The position numbers were made by a program, and so were the translations under genes. Shown here in pieces: positions 25,167 to 36,807 of a stretch of 64,000 bases of DNA; the stretch's first letter is position 1, and every line of letters starts with the position of its first letter. The notes beneath the pieces are model-generated. The model did not search any database. It was not told the origin of the DNA and saw only the letters and a list, made by a program, of their open reading frames with translations. This DNA is from Amoebophrya sp. A120 (Eukaryota > Protista > Dinoflagellata), in contig CAJINV010000008.1 in the NCBI GenBank assembly GCA_905178155.1, positions 1,612,001 through 1,676,000 on the forward strand. Reading direction: 5' to 3'.

Positions 25167-26380
25167 TTAGTCCAGAGGGAATTTTACGAGGTTGACAAGC
25201 TCGAGTTTGTACTGATGCGCCCTGTTTACAAACCAGTCGTCCTGAAAGTGCTGCAGCAGCCGAGTAAGTCGGGCTTGTTCGAACAGCCCCAGTACCGGGT
25301 TCATATCGTGGCAAGTGTTGAGCGTTCTGTGCAACAAGCTCCTCGCCTGGTCCCGGTCCATATCTAGATTCGCAGGGGTCGGCTCGTGCGCCGACCGCGC
25401 GCCGCCGTCGAGGCAAATGCGGAGCAGAACTTCGACAACCAGACCAAGACAGACTCGGAGCGTCGTTTGGTACCACTTGGCGGCCTTCCGCCCGTCGGAC
25501 TGGAGCTGCGTCGTCCACAGATTGTTCACCAGAGCGTCTTCCTCTTCATCGCGATTTGCTGCAGCGCCTCCCGCTGCTGCGTCCGCCTGATGCTGCTCCG
25601 CGGCTTCCCGAACCAGATCGTAGCCCAATGCGACACTGACGCCGTCACTGCTCGCATGTGGGTCCTGGGAGCCCCACCGCACGTCAAGCAATGCGTTCAA
25701 AAATTGCCAATCTCGTTCCAGATCTGCAATGATGTCCCTCGTCGGGGCAGCCACATATATAAGGCGTCTCCACTACCAGGTAAAACACGTTGGAGTTTCC
25801 TCCCGCCTGTGGATCCTGAAGATCATGCAGCATTTGCTGATTCGGGACATCATCAATATCCCGCGCCCCCACGACTGCCGGGCGGGAAAGCGGCACGACC
25901 CGGCACCGGCGAAAACCGAAAAAAGTCTGCCCCTGCGGCCCCGCGAAAGCTGCAACAAGATCCTGGTGCTGGTTTGTATGGTACGGATACGCATACCCTT
26001 CACGCTGCACCATGCCGACGAGCTCTTGGTAGAAAGAAACAGGTCCGCGAACGTAGGACAGACGGACTTCCGGGAGTGTCAAAAAACCAAAGTGAATGAA
26101 CGGGCGATCGTGCCCTGCATGGTGTCGCGGGTGTCGGTTCAGCAAGTCGAGGCCGGAGGCTGAGCGAGAGGCCACGGCCTGCCATTTTTCCATGGCTTGC
26201 TTCTGCGCAGAATGCACCGCCTCCACAAAATTCACCGCCGACCTGGAGATATTAGGTGAAAGCCGCATCACGTTTCGCAAACTTTTCCGATCGTCGTCCG
26301 CGGTGGAGGTAAAGTTTTGGATCCAGGCGCCGCCTGCTAGAACATCCGGAACTGCTGGGTACGGACGGGGATGCGTGGGC
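25167..26380 (-). pseudogene. Hypothetical protein split by a frameshift at an (AT)n tract (~25755-25761)
   Basis: ORFs 25684-26280 and 25167-25754 overlap. Deleting 4 nt of TATATA gives ..VVETPYVAAPTRDII.. No homology recognised. Confidence 0.45.
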
Positions 26381-26576
26381 TTTACATATGCTGACTCAAA
26401 CCAGTACTACCCCCCAGCATTGCTCATCCTAGGTTTATATGAAAGGAAAAACTCGTCGTGCGCATGCGCTACATACAGATTAGGTTAAGGTTTATCTTTA
26501 ATACATCTATAATTTGATATCTTTTTCTTTTTATTCATTTTTTATTTTTCTCTCGGTGACATGCACTAAAAAGTTG

Positions 26577-29500
26577 TCACGAACTATATACGAATAACTG
26601 AGACTGAGGTGATGCTGGGGGAAGTGAAGGTTGTGCATGGGATACCAGGGGCTTAAGCATCACAAAGAAGGACTCTTTCGCGAGCTCATCGCGATCCGCA
26701 GGGGACGCCGGGCGGTTGTGTCTTTGCACGAAGTGAGAGAGGTCCCCGAAGGCAGGAGATAGTACGGTGATCGAGAAGCCGAAGTGGTGGTCTTCAATAA
26801 GCTTCTGCAAGAAGTACTGTGCTGAGTTGCCAGCAGCTACTGCGGGCGGAGAACTCGAGAGGCCCTGTGTTTTGGAACGAATGTTGTATGCCCTTTCACA
26901 TCGCTGCAGCGCGTATTGCTTCAGTACCCTTGCCAGTTGTTGGGCGTCTTCTTGCATTTGCCGAACTCGGCCAGGGGAGGTCGCGGTCCTTGTTGCATCG
27001 TCGGGAAGTCGCTGCAAGTAAACCTGGATCCGAGTGGTGAACGCAGCGGTGTACAGAAACAGGTACGACAGCAATCCGAACTGCCTCAGTACAGTCTCCG
27101 ACTGCTGGTGGGCGCTTAGCTGCCGAAGCCAAACGGAAAAAGTCGCTGCGTCACCGGACGCTCGCTGCAGGACCTCATTAAAACGATCGCGCTCCGGACC
27201 ATATCTCTCCTTCAGAAGCATCGGCTGCGTTGGTAGTGCGATCGAAAACACTTGATGCTCCAAATCGATCTCGTTCTCCTCGTCGATGGCTGGCTGTGTA
27301 CTTGTTGTACTACCAGGGGGAAACGTTAACGTGCTGCCGCGCGGCAGCCGTCCATGATGCAATTGCGCAACATGGACGAAACGGTCGTCCTGCTCCTGCT
27401 GCGCGACCGCGCTCCCAACCGCGCTCCCAAGCACGTCCTCGAGAAGAACCGGAAGATACGGAATGACGAAACTTTTCAACATCCAGCTCCAGACGGACGG
27501 CGAGAAGGTAAAGCCAAACGGGAAGCATGGATTTGCGCACGCCTTGTTGTTCCCGCGGCGTCAAAATCTGCTGCAAATATTGGTTATCCGTCGTCCATTC
27601 ATTACTGTCGGTCAGCTGTTTCTTCGTGTTCGGAAAAGACTCTACCGGTGGCAACAGACGATGCAGTGCCTGTAGCTGTAGCTCCCGTGCTTGCGCGCTA
27701 GGGACGACGAGAACCTCTTCTGTCATATTGTTCTGGATGGTTTGTACAACATGTGGCGCTCCGCTGAGCGCTCCGGCCGGTCGTAGCTCGTCGTCTATCG
27801 GTACATCACTCTCTGCGACTCCGTGAGTTTGCGGTCGGTTTTCCGGGTCTGCAATCGATGCGACGGCCGCCAGAATACCCTGTCGATAGTTGTAGTAGGA
27901 GATCTCAGAAAATAGCTCTACTTCCTGGTTGCCGTGCGGCTCTGCTTCTGGTACTTTGGCAGTAGGAGACGGAACGGCAGTAGCAGAGGCAACATCTCGT
28001 CCGGCTGGCGACCTGCTCTTCGACACCAGCGTTTCGCGAAATGCGTCTTCATGGGTTGCCTTTAACAGGCTCAGGAGAAACTTGTCGTTAAATTTCAAAT
28101 GAGCCGGCACAAACTCTTTACACAAATTGTATTTCAAGTCCGCAGGCAAAAAGGAGCTTTGGGGTGCAGGTTTTCTCGGGGTTCTACTTGCGGAAGTAGC
28201 GCCAAGCATTTTCGTGTCGCTATTGCGTTGCCCATCATCAAATGCACGCGGAAGCGAGAACACCGGAATTTGTACCTCCGATGGAAAATAAGCAGGACCG
28301 AGCACGTGCGGCGAGATGACGGGCCGCTCTTCGAAAAGCGCAGTAGCCGCAGCTCCCTGCGGCAGTCGTGTTGCAATGGGTTGCAGGCGCGGCGTCACTT
28401 GGCTCCCGTCAGCCTGAACAGCGTCTTCCACCGTAGGCGTGGGAATGCGCGACGGTAGGTCTCCTGCATAATAGGGAGGTGGTGTTGCGGCCGTCTCCGG
28501 GTGTAGGCTATAAGAGGACGATGGAGTATTTGCTAGAAGCATGATATCCCCGTGGTCCGAAGGCACCGCTGTAGAGGCTGGCGATTTATGTTTGCGCGTT
28601 GAAGATGATGCGCGACTTCCTCTTCTTGATGAGGACTTTGCTTTGCCCAACTTCGCTGTGCTGCGTCTGGGTGTTTCGCCAGCTGCTCGCGCTGCAGGTC
28701 CTTCTCCGGTGCCATCGTGGCGTCTCAAGTTCTCCTGGCTCAGACGCAGTGTCTCTGATGTTGCGAGTGCCTCTGAGTAGTCGAGGTTTGCACGCACCTG
28801 ATCCTCTTTACGCTTCAAGAGCTGGTAGTAAAGCGCCTTTGATCGCTTAACTTCAGCGCGCAAATGCTTTTCTGATCGACTTTTCAACAGAGACACCGTA
28901 CAGAGTCCACCTTCGGTTACGAGTTTCTTCAGTTTGTCCAGCTCAGATTTACTTCGCTCCGTCTCCAAGCGGAGGTATTCGTTACATCCGGAAACCTGCA
29001 GAAAGGCCGGGATCATCTCTTTCATTCCTTTTCCAAACACATACGGAGTCGTTGTTTTTTCCTCCTTGTTTTTCGTGGTGCCTTGTTCGCCAGCTGCACG
29101 ACGAGGCCAATCTGTTTCGACATCTTCTCCGTAAATCTCCACGAAATATTTGCGGATCGGCAAGTAGGCGTTCTGATGCTGTTTCCGGGTTCTTTTCGCT
29201 CCCTTGTGATACATGCGACCGCGGCTCCCCGCAGACACAGCAATAGAAGCTTCGCGAGGATCCTCCTCCACCTCGTCCTCGTCCCTGTCGCGATAATGCT
29301 CGACCAATTCTGCATCGGCGCCGACTGTTCCGTCTCGTTCTGCCTCCGACACTTGTGTATCGATATCATCGTCCTCGTCGGTCATAGCAGAGGAGCGTCG
29401 ACGTCTTCGCATAGTTGCGGTCTCTGCCCTGAAGCTTTCGCGTGCTGCCGCCATTTCTGTCATCAGCTCGATCCACCGTGGTTGTGCGGAATTTTCCATG

Positions 29501-30075
29501 TCGTGGTGGAGTTCGGACACGTATCTGAGGCACTTATCATACGCCTCCTTTTTCGTGCGGAACGCGAACCACGCGTGACCTCTATCAGCCGCGCTCGCCT
29601 GTGCCGCGGTGAGGAAATCGGTAGGCAGGCTGCTGAGAAGGGTCCGTCCGTGCGGATTTTTGCTGTTTGTCGCGGTGGTTGACCGGGACCGGTCCAGTTT
29701 CCCCACGAGCACTTGTCCGAACACACTTTGGGCAACCGCTGCGCTGGCCTTTGCCTCGGGCGACAGATTGGCATACTTTTCTGCTTCGAGGGCTCGCGCT
29801 TCCTCTTCTTTCTTTCGCTTTTCTTCTGGTGTGTCAACCCGTGCACTTTTGTTCACCAGTCTTGTTGGTTTCTTCCGAGCGGCCCCGCTTGTCTGACCCT
29901 GCGTGCCAGACATGACTCGAACGCCGTTGGCGAAAGAGGCGCCCGACTGAAAGAGAAGCCCTGGCGGACCGCACAACAGGAAGAGAACCGACGGCGCGAC
30001 GCCCGCGACGATTACAACTGTGCTGGCGCAGGCGCCGATGAAGGCTGCAAAGCTTGTCCTAGAGAATTTTGTCAT
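26577..30075 (-). CDS. Hypothetical secreted/membrane-anchored protein (~1,160 aa if joined), interrupted by a +1 frameshift near 27470
   Basis: Hydrophobic N-terminus. ORFs 27310-30075 and 26577-27482 overlap. Skipping 1 nt at AAG TTT CGT gives LELDVEKFVIPYLPVLLED. Confidence 0.55.
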
Positions 30076-31873
30076 TTTTCCAAAAATTGCACGCTACCAA
30101 AACCGGATGTAATTAGTACAGTGAAAGATTGTAAAAAAAGTGTTGATGCAAGTGGTGAAATAAGTACAGTTGTTAAAAAGACAGCGAGAAAAGATCTATA
30201 TCGTGTCGTTTTCGTAAGCGCACCACAGTGTCTGCTGCTCAAAAGATTCGAGTTCTGGTTGTAGATTAGATTTAGAAAATGCTATAATTGCACTGAGAGC
30301 TCGTTTTTTAAAAAGACTTAAAAAATGGCACTACAACGCGCTCTGTCTGAACGAGCGAAAGCGACCACAGACTTCTACTTTGTTTACCTTCCACTTGTTC
30401 GTCAACGCCGAATAGAAGTTAGTTGTCGTAAAATAATCATACAAACAAAGCAATAATACTGGTTGACATGCGCGAAAAATAAAAGAAAATGCCAGCTGGT
30501 AAATCTGAACCTAATATGTTGTTTTAATAAATTCGAACTGTAATCGTGTCTGGACCTAATAAATCGTGTCAAATAAGTACTTACGCGTCGAGACCGCTTC
30601 GTCCTTTTTGTTCTCTAAGTCGAGCACGAATAGGTTCTTGTATAATATGTCCTCAGGAGACAAAGAAACCTGAGACTGCGAAACGCATCATGGGCACAAT
30701 AAAACATTCTCGAAGGCAAGACAAGGATCTCACACCAGTATTTGCAGTCAATCTGCACACCAGGGTGAATCGAAGTGCACACCGCATAATTGAAGAGATC
30801 TTGACACAGATTTAAATAAATTGAGCGACAATTCTCGATCATTGTGTTCAACCCAAGAATAGATCAACTCAGGATCTTTTCGGATTTCTCGCAATGTGCG
30901 GTAGGTTTGTTTATGTTTATCTATAAAGTAATTTCACTTGATCCACGTTCTCTTCAATTTATGCTGTCGATTGAGATCGAGGAAAGGGATCTATGTAGTA
31001 GGCACACGGCAGGTGGTGCGGATCTTCTGATTTTGTATTTTGCCTGCTTGTGCTTTTTCGTCGTCGATGTGATGTACATAGTCGTGATCATGTGAAGTGG
31101 ATCCGGTACGACAGAGGCCTCGACCTTGTTAAGGTGGTGCTTCACTACGCTTTGCTGGAGTGTTTCGTTGACGCAAAGCTGCGGGTTCGGATTGAATTTA
31201 CTTGACTCGAATAACAACGAAAGCACAAGGACAAGTATTGATGCATACTCGCGGAGCCTTTTAGGAACATGCGTGAAATAGAACTCCAGCCCCTGAGACA
31301 ATCCATGAAAAAACGATGTTAATGTCCATCGCTGGGTCGGAACATGTGGGACTGCAAAGAGAACTGCATTTTTTCCGATATCGATGGGAGGTGATTTTGA
31401 TTAGATTAGAACGGCAGCTAAAATTTTGATCACCAAATGCAAGTTAGTAATCATCACAGTTTGTAGAAGTAGGTGTAGGAGCAGGAGGTGCTACAGGTTG
31501 TTCAGGTGAAAGTGAAGGAGTGCGGGCACTTAACAAGACGAGTAGTGGATGCTGTAGAGTTGCCAGCGCAGGTTTTTCTGGCGGGGTTTCTACTGTTGCA
31601 GTAACCCTAAAGGCAAAGGTAAGCGAAGTCATGCGTTGTTGTTCTGATCATTCCTTTTTTCCATTTTTTATCTCGCAGCTGAGGAATTCTCGAGTAATCA
31701 TCAGGTTGCGACGGATGTTCTTGAGTAAGAAAGCGAATATCGTGTATGTTGGGACACCTATTTATTTTTCGCTCAAGTAGAAGTAGTCACACATCACTAC
31801 ATGTGTGTCCACCGCTTTGTGCACCACTTCGCTTCATCGACTTCCATAGGTTGATGTTTGCGGAAGAAAACTA

Positions 31874-34800
31874 CTACGGCTGCTGCGTGATTGCGAGCAC
31901 GCGCTCCCAGGTGCGGCCCTTTGCGTTGAGCGTACGGGGAGACAGCTTTTCTAGCAGGGGGATCGGGATCAGGCAGCTGTGGTTGTTGACCATCCCGACC
32001 GAGAAGCCGGTGATGCCCGCCATGGCACCGTGCACCGCTCCTGAAGACAAAACCATACAGTCGTAGGAATCCAACACGTTGGGGCCCACAGAGCGAATCA
32101 TGTAGGACGGGTCAATGTATTTGATCGTGACCTCTTTCGGGGGCACCGCGTTTCCAAGTGCGTCCGTGCTGCTTGTCGACGAAAAGTACTCCTTGATGCG
32201 CGCCGTCATAAATTCCCCAATTTTGGGAAGGACTTTGTTTCCCGACTTCTTTTGTACTGGGAAAGAGTGTCGCTTGTGCGCGCGTCCGCACCATCTCTTG
32301 TTGTGTGCACGAACGTGCAGTGCCAGTTCGATTTCGAAAGTCAAAATAATGAACCTCTGGCTCTATATGACATACATCATACTCTATCATACATAAATTT
32401 ATGACACTGAGATTGTACTACACCCTTTTCGGAAGAAGTAGAACAAGATAGGTGTTGGAAACGCCATCTTTTTTTTGCGCCATGCTCGTGCACTAAAACC
32501 CACAATCACAGTCTAAGCGCCAATGCGAATGGCAGTCAAACTGCACGATGCAGGTTCTACACACAGGAAAGAGTTTGCAGATACTTGACACTACAAAGCG
32601 ACTGATAGTGATGTCTTTGCTGCTCATGCAATTGTTCACTATTTGTAGTTCCACTTGCACGCAGTTCTTGACGCAGCATACTAATTTCTGAGACTCAGTA
32701 CGATTTTTCTACAGAAGCGACACCCTTACGTCCGATATGTCGGTTGCTCCCGTGCACGTACTCTGCATGAGCTCCTCTCCGGCACCCTCGGCAACCACGA
32801 CCACTGCGTGGCCCTTTTTTTCCAGAACGCGACGCAGGTGTGGTAGGCAGCCCCTCTCCCCGTCGAGCTGGACCGCTACCTCGGGGATGAGACACAGATC
32901 CACGCCACTTCCCATCGAAATGGTCGCAAACACGCTGATGAAGTTATCAGACAGAAAAAAGCTAGCATTCATATCATACACATAGATATCAAATTTGCAG
33001 TGCAAATACACAGGAACATAAAGCTGTCCTGCGTTCGCGTTGCTTAAACTAACACCATGTTATAGAAGCTAGGACGATTGTCATTTTTTTATTCTTTACT
33101 TTTTTTCTTTCATTGCATTACATACAAATATGCTATGGCTATGCTAACTTTTTTCCCTGGCATAGAATCCGGCACTGCGACCCATCAGCTTCACGATGCC
33201 AATCCCGTTCGGCATGTTGCTGCTGGCTTCCACCTTAGCGGCCTGGATCGCTTTCTTCGCCTCCTCGACCGCTGTCCAAAAGCCGAAGGAACGGTCGATC
33301 AGCCCGATGTCGTTGTCAATGGTCTTGGGAATGCCACACACGGCGCAGTTGACCCTCTGCTCGATACAAAACTTCGCGATCTTGTCAATGCCACGGTGCG
33401 TGCCGTCTCCGCCCGCGATGAAAAGCAGGTTGATTTTGTTTTTGCGGATGAACTTACTGATCGCGTCAATGTCGAACCCTCCACGGCTAGAGCCAAGAAT
33501 GGTACCGCCCAGATGCTGGATATCGGCGATCGACTCCGGGGTTAACGCAATAGGGCGAAACTCGTTGCCGTGCATGGCGGCGCGCGTGGTGTTCACGCCC
33601 CGGGGGCTCAATTGTTGGCCTGTCGAGGTGGTTCGAGTGGTCATGAAAGTACGCCGGTTCGGAGAGGCCTCAGTTTCACGACCTTCCGGAGGGGTCGCCG
33701 CACCACCAGCACTGCTGGCGTTGCTTTTCCTCAAAAACGCCCCCTGGGACAACTCTTCAGGGAGCCTGCTTGACTTTTTCCTGGCGACTCTTTCCCGAAT
33801 CTCTTCCTTTTTGGCGTTTGACTTTATCGAGTCCGTCGAATTTGATTTTGCTAGTGGAGCCTTCTTCTTCACCGACGCTGCTGATGGAGCAGAGTCGGTT
33901 GGAGCAGATTCATCCTGCTCGACAGTTTCTTCCTCCGCTTTCTTCGTTTCGCGCGCGCTGGCGAAGTCGCGGTCTTCGCAAGAGAAGAGTTCGGAGTAGA
34001 AATCATCGCTGTCACCGAACCGACTCATGCCATGATAGCCGCCGCGAACTCCCATGATCTGGCGCACACCGTAGTTGTGCCACAGAGTTTGGACAATATG
34101 GTGAATTACCGCGTTCAATCCTGGACACAGCCCACCGCAGGTCACGATTGCTGCAGTCACGTCAGTTGGCACAAAGTGCAGAGTGGCCCGAGGTCCGGCC
34201 CGATGCAGCGCACTGTAGTACGATCGCGCCGTCTATGAAAAATAAAAACCTCTCGGCCGCCAGTAGTGGTGTCTGTTCTTTGTGACAGATGGAATACCAT
34301 GTTTACGAAAAAACAAATGGCAACGGCTTCAATCATCTCTTGCAGTATTATGGCGGCCGAACTTTTATTTCATATTTTCTCGTGCGTGGTCCCCGTCTCC
34401 TCTGTGACCTTGCTCTCGCTCAAGTCCACCATCGTCGGGAAACGGTTCACGACAGAAACAACACCATCAACGCCAATCGTCGAGTGGGACCCTTTGCTTT
34501 TATCGGTAGAGATCGACGTCTCGGACTCGCGCAGATTGACAGAGCTAGAAGCAGTTACCGGTGGAGACGCGGAGTCACGGACTTCGCTCCCTGCCAACAA
34601 TTTTGCACGGGAGTCCATCGCTGCAACGCCGGGCGCTTTCTGCTTTTTCGTCAGATCTTGCACCACCTTTCGGTCTGCGACGTCCTCTTGGCGGGTTGCT
34701 GCGGCGTCCTTGTCCTGATGAGAACTGCTGTTCCGGTCGATGGCATGAGTCGGGGTCTCGGAGTTATCATGAGGAAAAGTCCCCCCGCCCTCGTAGCAAC

Positions 34801-35633
34801 CAAAACAGAGAAAGAACTCGAGATGCTGTCGCTGATTTCTTGTAGCCACACCAGGCAAGAAGCCTTGGTCCTGCGCCCGGGGAACAAGGCATTGAAACCT
34901 AGCACAATGTGGACGTGGAGGAGCAGTAGCAGCCAACCGCGGGCCACCGTATTTCACGCGTTTCACTTTCATCTCGATCAGCGATAGGAATAGCCCGGAG
35001 CATCGACCACCTGGGTCATGATTTCGACTGCTGCACACATTGATAGACAAAGACCTAAGAAAACAAGTTTCAACATCCGAGCGAAAGACAAAACTGCTTT
35101 GCAGTTAGTGTGTACTACAGCTACACGAAGAAAGCCCGTATCACAGGAGATCTTCATTTGTTGATGTTGACTCACTACTAGTACGTAGAGGAAGTGGGGG
35201 GATTTTTCATTTCGATAAGAGGTCCAGGCCTCCATGGGCTTCGACGGCAATCGAGACCGCTCGTCCAGCACGATGTCCACCAAGATACAATCACCCGGCT
35301 TCACGATTTTGTTGTACTTCTGTCCGCTGGAGCCCATGATCAACTGTTCCGCGATGGGATCATTCGGCAAGTCGGAGGAAAATCTGCCGTCGAGTCCTGC
35401 CGCCGCCGCAGCGCGCTCCTGCGACTGCCGGATGGCGTGAACGCCTTCCGGCCCATGCCCGATGATGGAGTCATTCGGAATGTCGGCAGACGGAAAACCG
35501 AGGTCGCTCAACAAGGTCAGCGGATGCGTACGAATTTCCACCATGGTCAGTGCAATGCGTCTTAATTTTATGCCGTATTCCTCGACTTCTTTATTCCCGG
35601 ATGAAGGAAACAAATCAGATAAAAATCGAGGTA
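31874..35633 (-). CDS. PFK: 6-phosphofructokinase (plant/protist PfkA group II type), at least 5 exons; 5' end and possible extra 3' exon unresolved
   Basis: Motifs RAGPR, AAIVTCGGLCPGLN, GGTILGSSRGG, GGDGT, GIPKTIDND, KLMGRSAGF, LIPE, VVVAEGAG, KYIDPSYMIRS and GAVHGAMAG. ATP vs PPi specificity not established. Confidence 0.92.
32255..32737. mobile_element. Relic introner (483 bp) overlapping a possible canonical GT-AG intron 32249-32729
   Basis: TACTGGGAAAGAGTGTCGCTTGTG vs rc TATCGGACGTAAGGGTGTCGCTTCTG. The +5 rule fails here, but GTAAGG..AAAAG splicing is in frame. Confidence 0.65.
32945..33164. mobile_element. Introner (220 bp), decayed TSD GAAGT/GAATC
   Basis: TATCAGACAGAAAAAAGCTAGCAT vs rc TATGCCAGGGAAAAAAGTTAGCAT. 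Element+5 removal rebuilds MGRSAGF|ISVFATISMGSGVDLCLIPE. Confidence 0.85.
34234..34374. mobile_element. Short introner (141 bp), TSD mostly decayed
   Basis: TATGAAAAATAAAAACCTCTCGGCCGCCA vs rc TATGAAATAAAAGTTCGGCCGCCA. Element+5 removal is in frame into RSYYSALHRAGPR. Confidence 0.8.
34765..35217. mobile_element. Introner (453 bp) with C-run TIR, decayed TSD GGAGT/AGAGG
   Basis: TATCATGAGGAAAAGTCCCCCC vs rc TATCGAAATGAAAAATCCCCCC. Element+5 removal gives EAWTS|ETPTHAID in frame. Confidence 0.8.
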
Positions 35634-36807
35634 GTACTGAAAAGCGCTACGCACCAGCGCTGCTCACCGGTAAGAAAGTTGTCAATTGTGGAGGTAAATC
35701 AATGGTTCAAGAGAAAGGTTTATGTTTATGAATAAAGGTAAACAAATTATACATGGAAATGGACTGGTCAGATGTCAATGTGATAGCGAAAGGAAGAAAT
35801 GTCTCTGCGATCGGGTGGTCATGAAGAAAAACGTTTGCTTTTCAATTCAATACTAATACGTACACGCAAGCTGCGGCGGGGCACGCGTACGCGGCTCCGG
35901 TAGTGAAAAGTTGCATTTCCTCTTGCACTGCATCCACCGAGACCGACGTCTCAAACATATGACATATGTGATAGTGTTCGCTCTATGTGAGTATGAGGAT
36001 CTTTGGTCAGTGCGAAGCGGAAACAAATGATCGCCTCATCGTCATCCTCTCGTCCTGGGAATTAATTATACTTAATCTGCGGTGCTAATCTCAATGAATA
36101 TGGATTTTCATTTCCATTTGTCGCTCAAGCGTACTAGAGATCAACATCTTCATCTTTCGCTCAACTTCATGTGATGCGATTGGATTATTCTTGTCCGGTA
36201 GAGCAGTCGTGGCCCGATGAGGTTTCATACAGATGAACCGATTCGCGTGGAGCTCTCTCGCCTTGTTGTAGTAGTTGCAGAAACTGACGTTCGTCACACA
36301 GTGGTGCGATTCGATCCATCGTCCTTTTCTTGGTGGGCCGCATTCTTTTGTCATTTCTCTACTTCGTGTTTTTCGCAACTAAATTGAACTTCCATACTAA
36401 TTCCTGAACGCCCCGTTCTTGGTCAGCTGGGTCTTAGTCTTACATGCCCACACAGAGAGTCATCAACATACGATCATGAGTAATTATGATCTTCTGAATC
36501 TTCCACGTATTCTACGTGGTTATTTCCGTTATTTTTTGCAAAGGAGCTAAGATCTTAGTATACCGCATAGGTAGCAAAGGCGAAGATGGCGTAAAGCAAG
36601 TGAAGCCCCGCAATCATCGCCGCGCCACGACCCCAGACCATCAGTATTTAATGGGCTCCACCTCGAGAATTGAAGACTCCACAACTCATTGCCGTTTTCA
36701 TCGCTTGACGCGACTGCACCAAGATGCAGATGTTCCCGGAACCGACGTAGACGCAACCAACGTCTATTTCCGGAGAAATTGGCTCTCTCAATAACGAGTC
36801 GACCTTG

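Noticed and set aside
34765-35050. Nested 226-aa gene (34370-35050) inside PFK
   Set aside because: Its 5' half is introner sequence, and its 3' half joins in frame as a PFK insertion exon.
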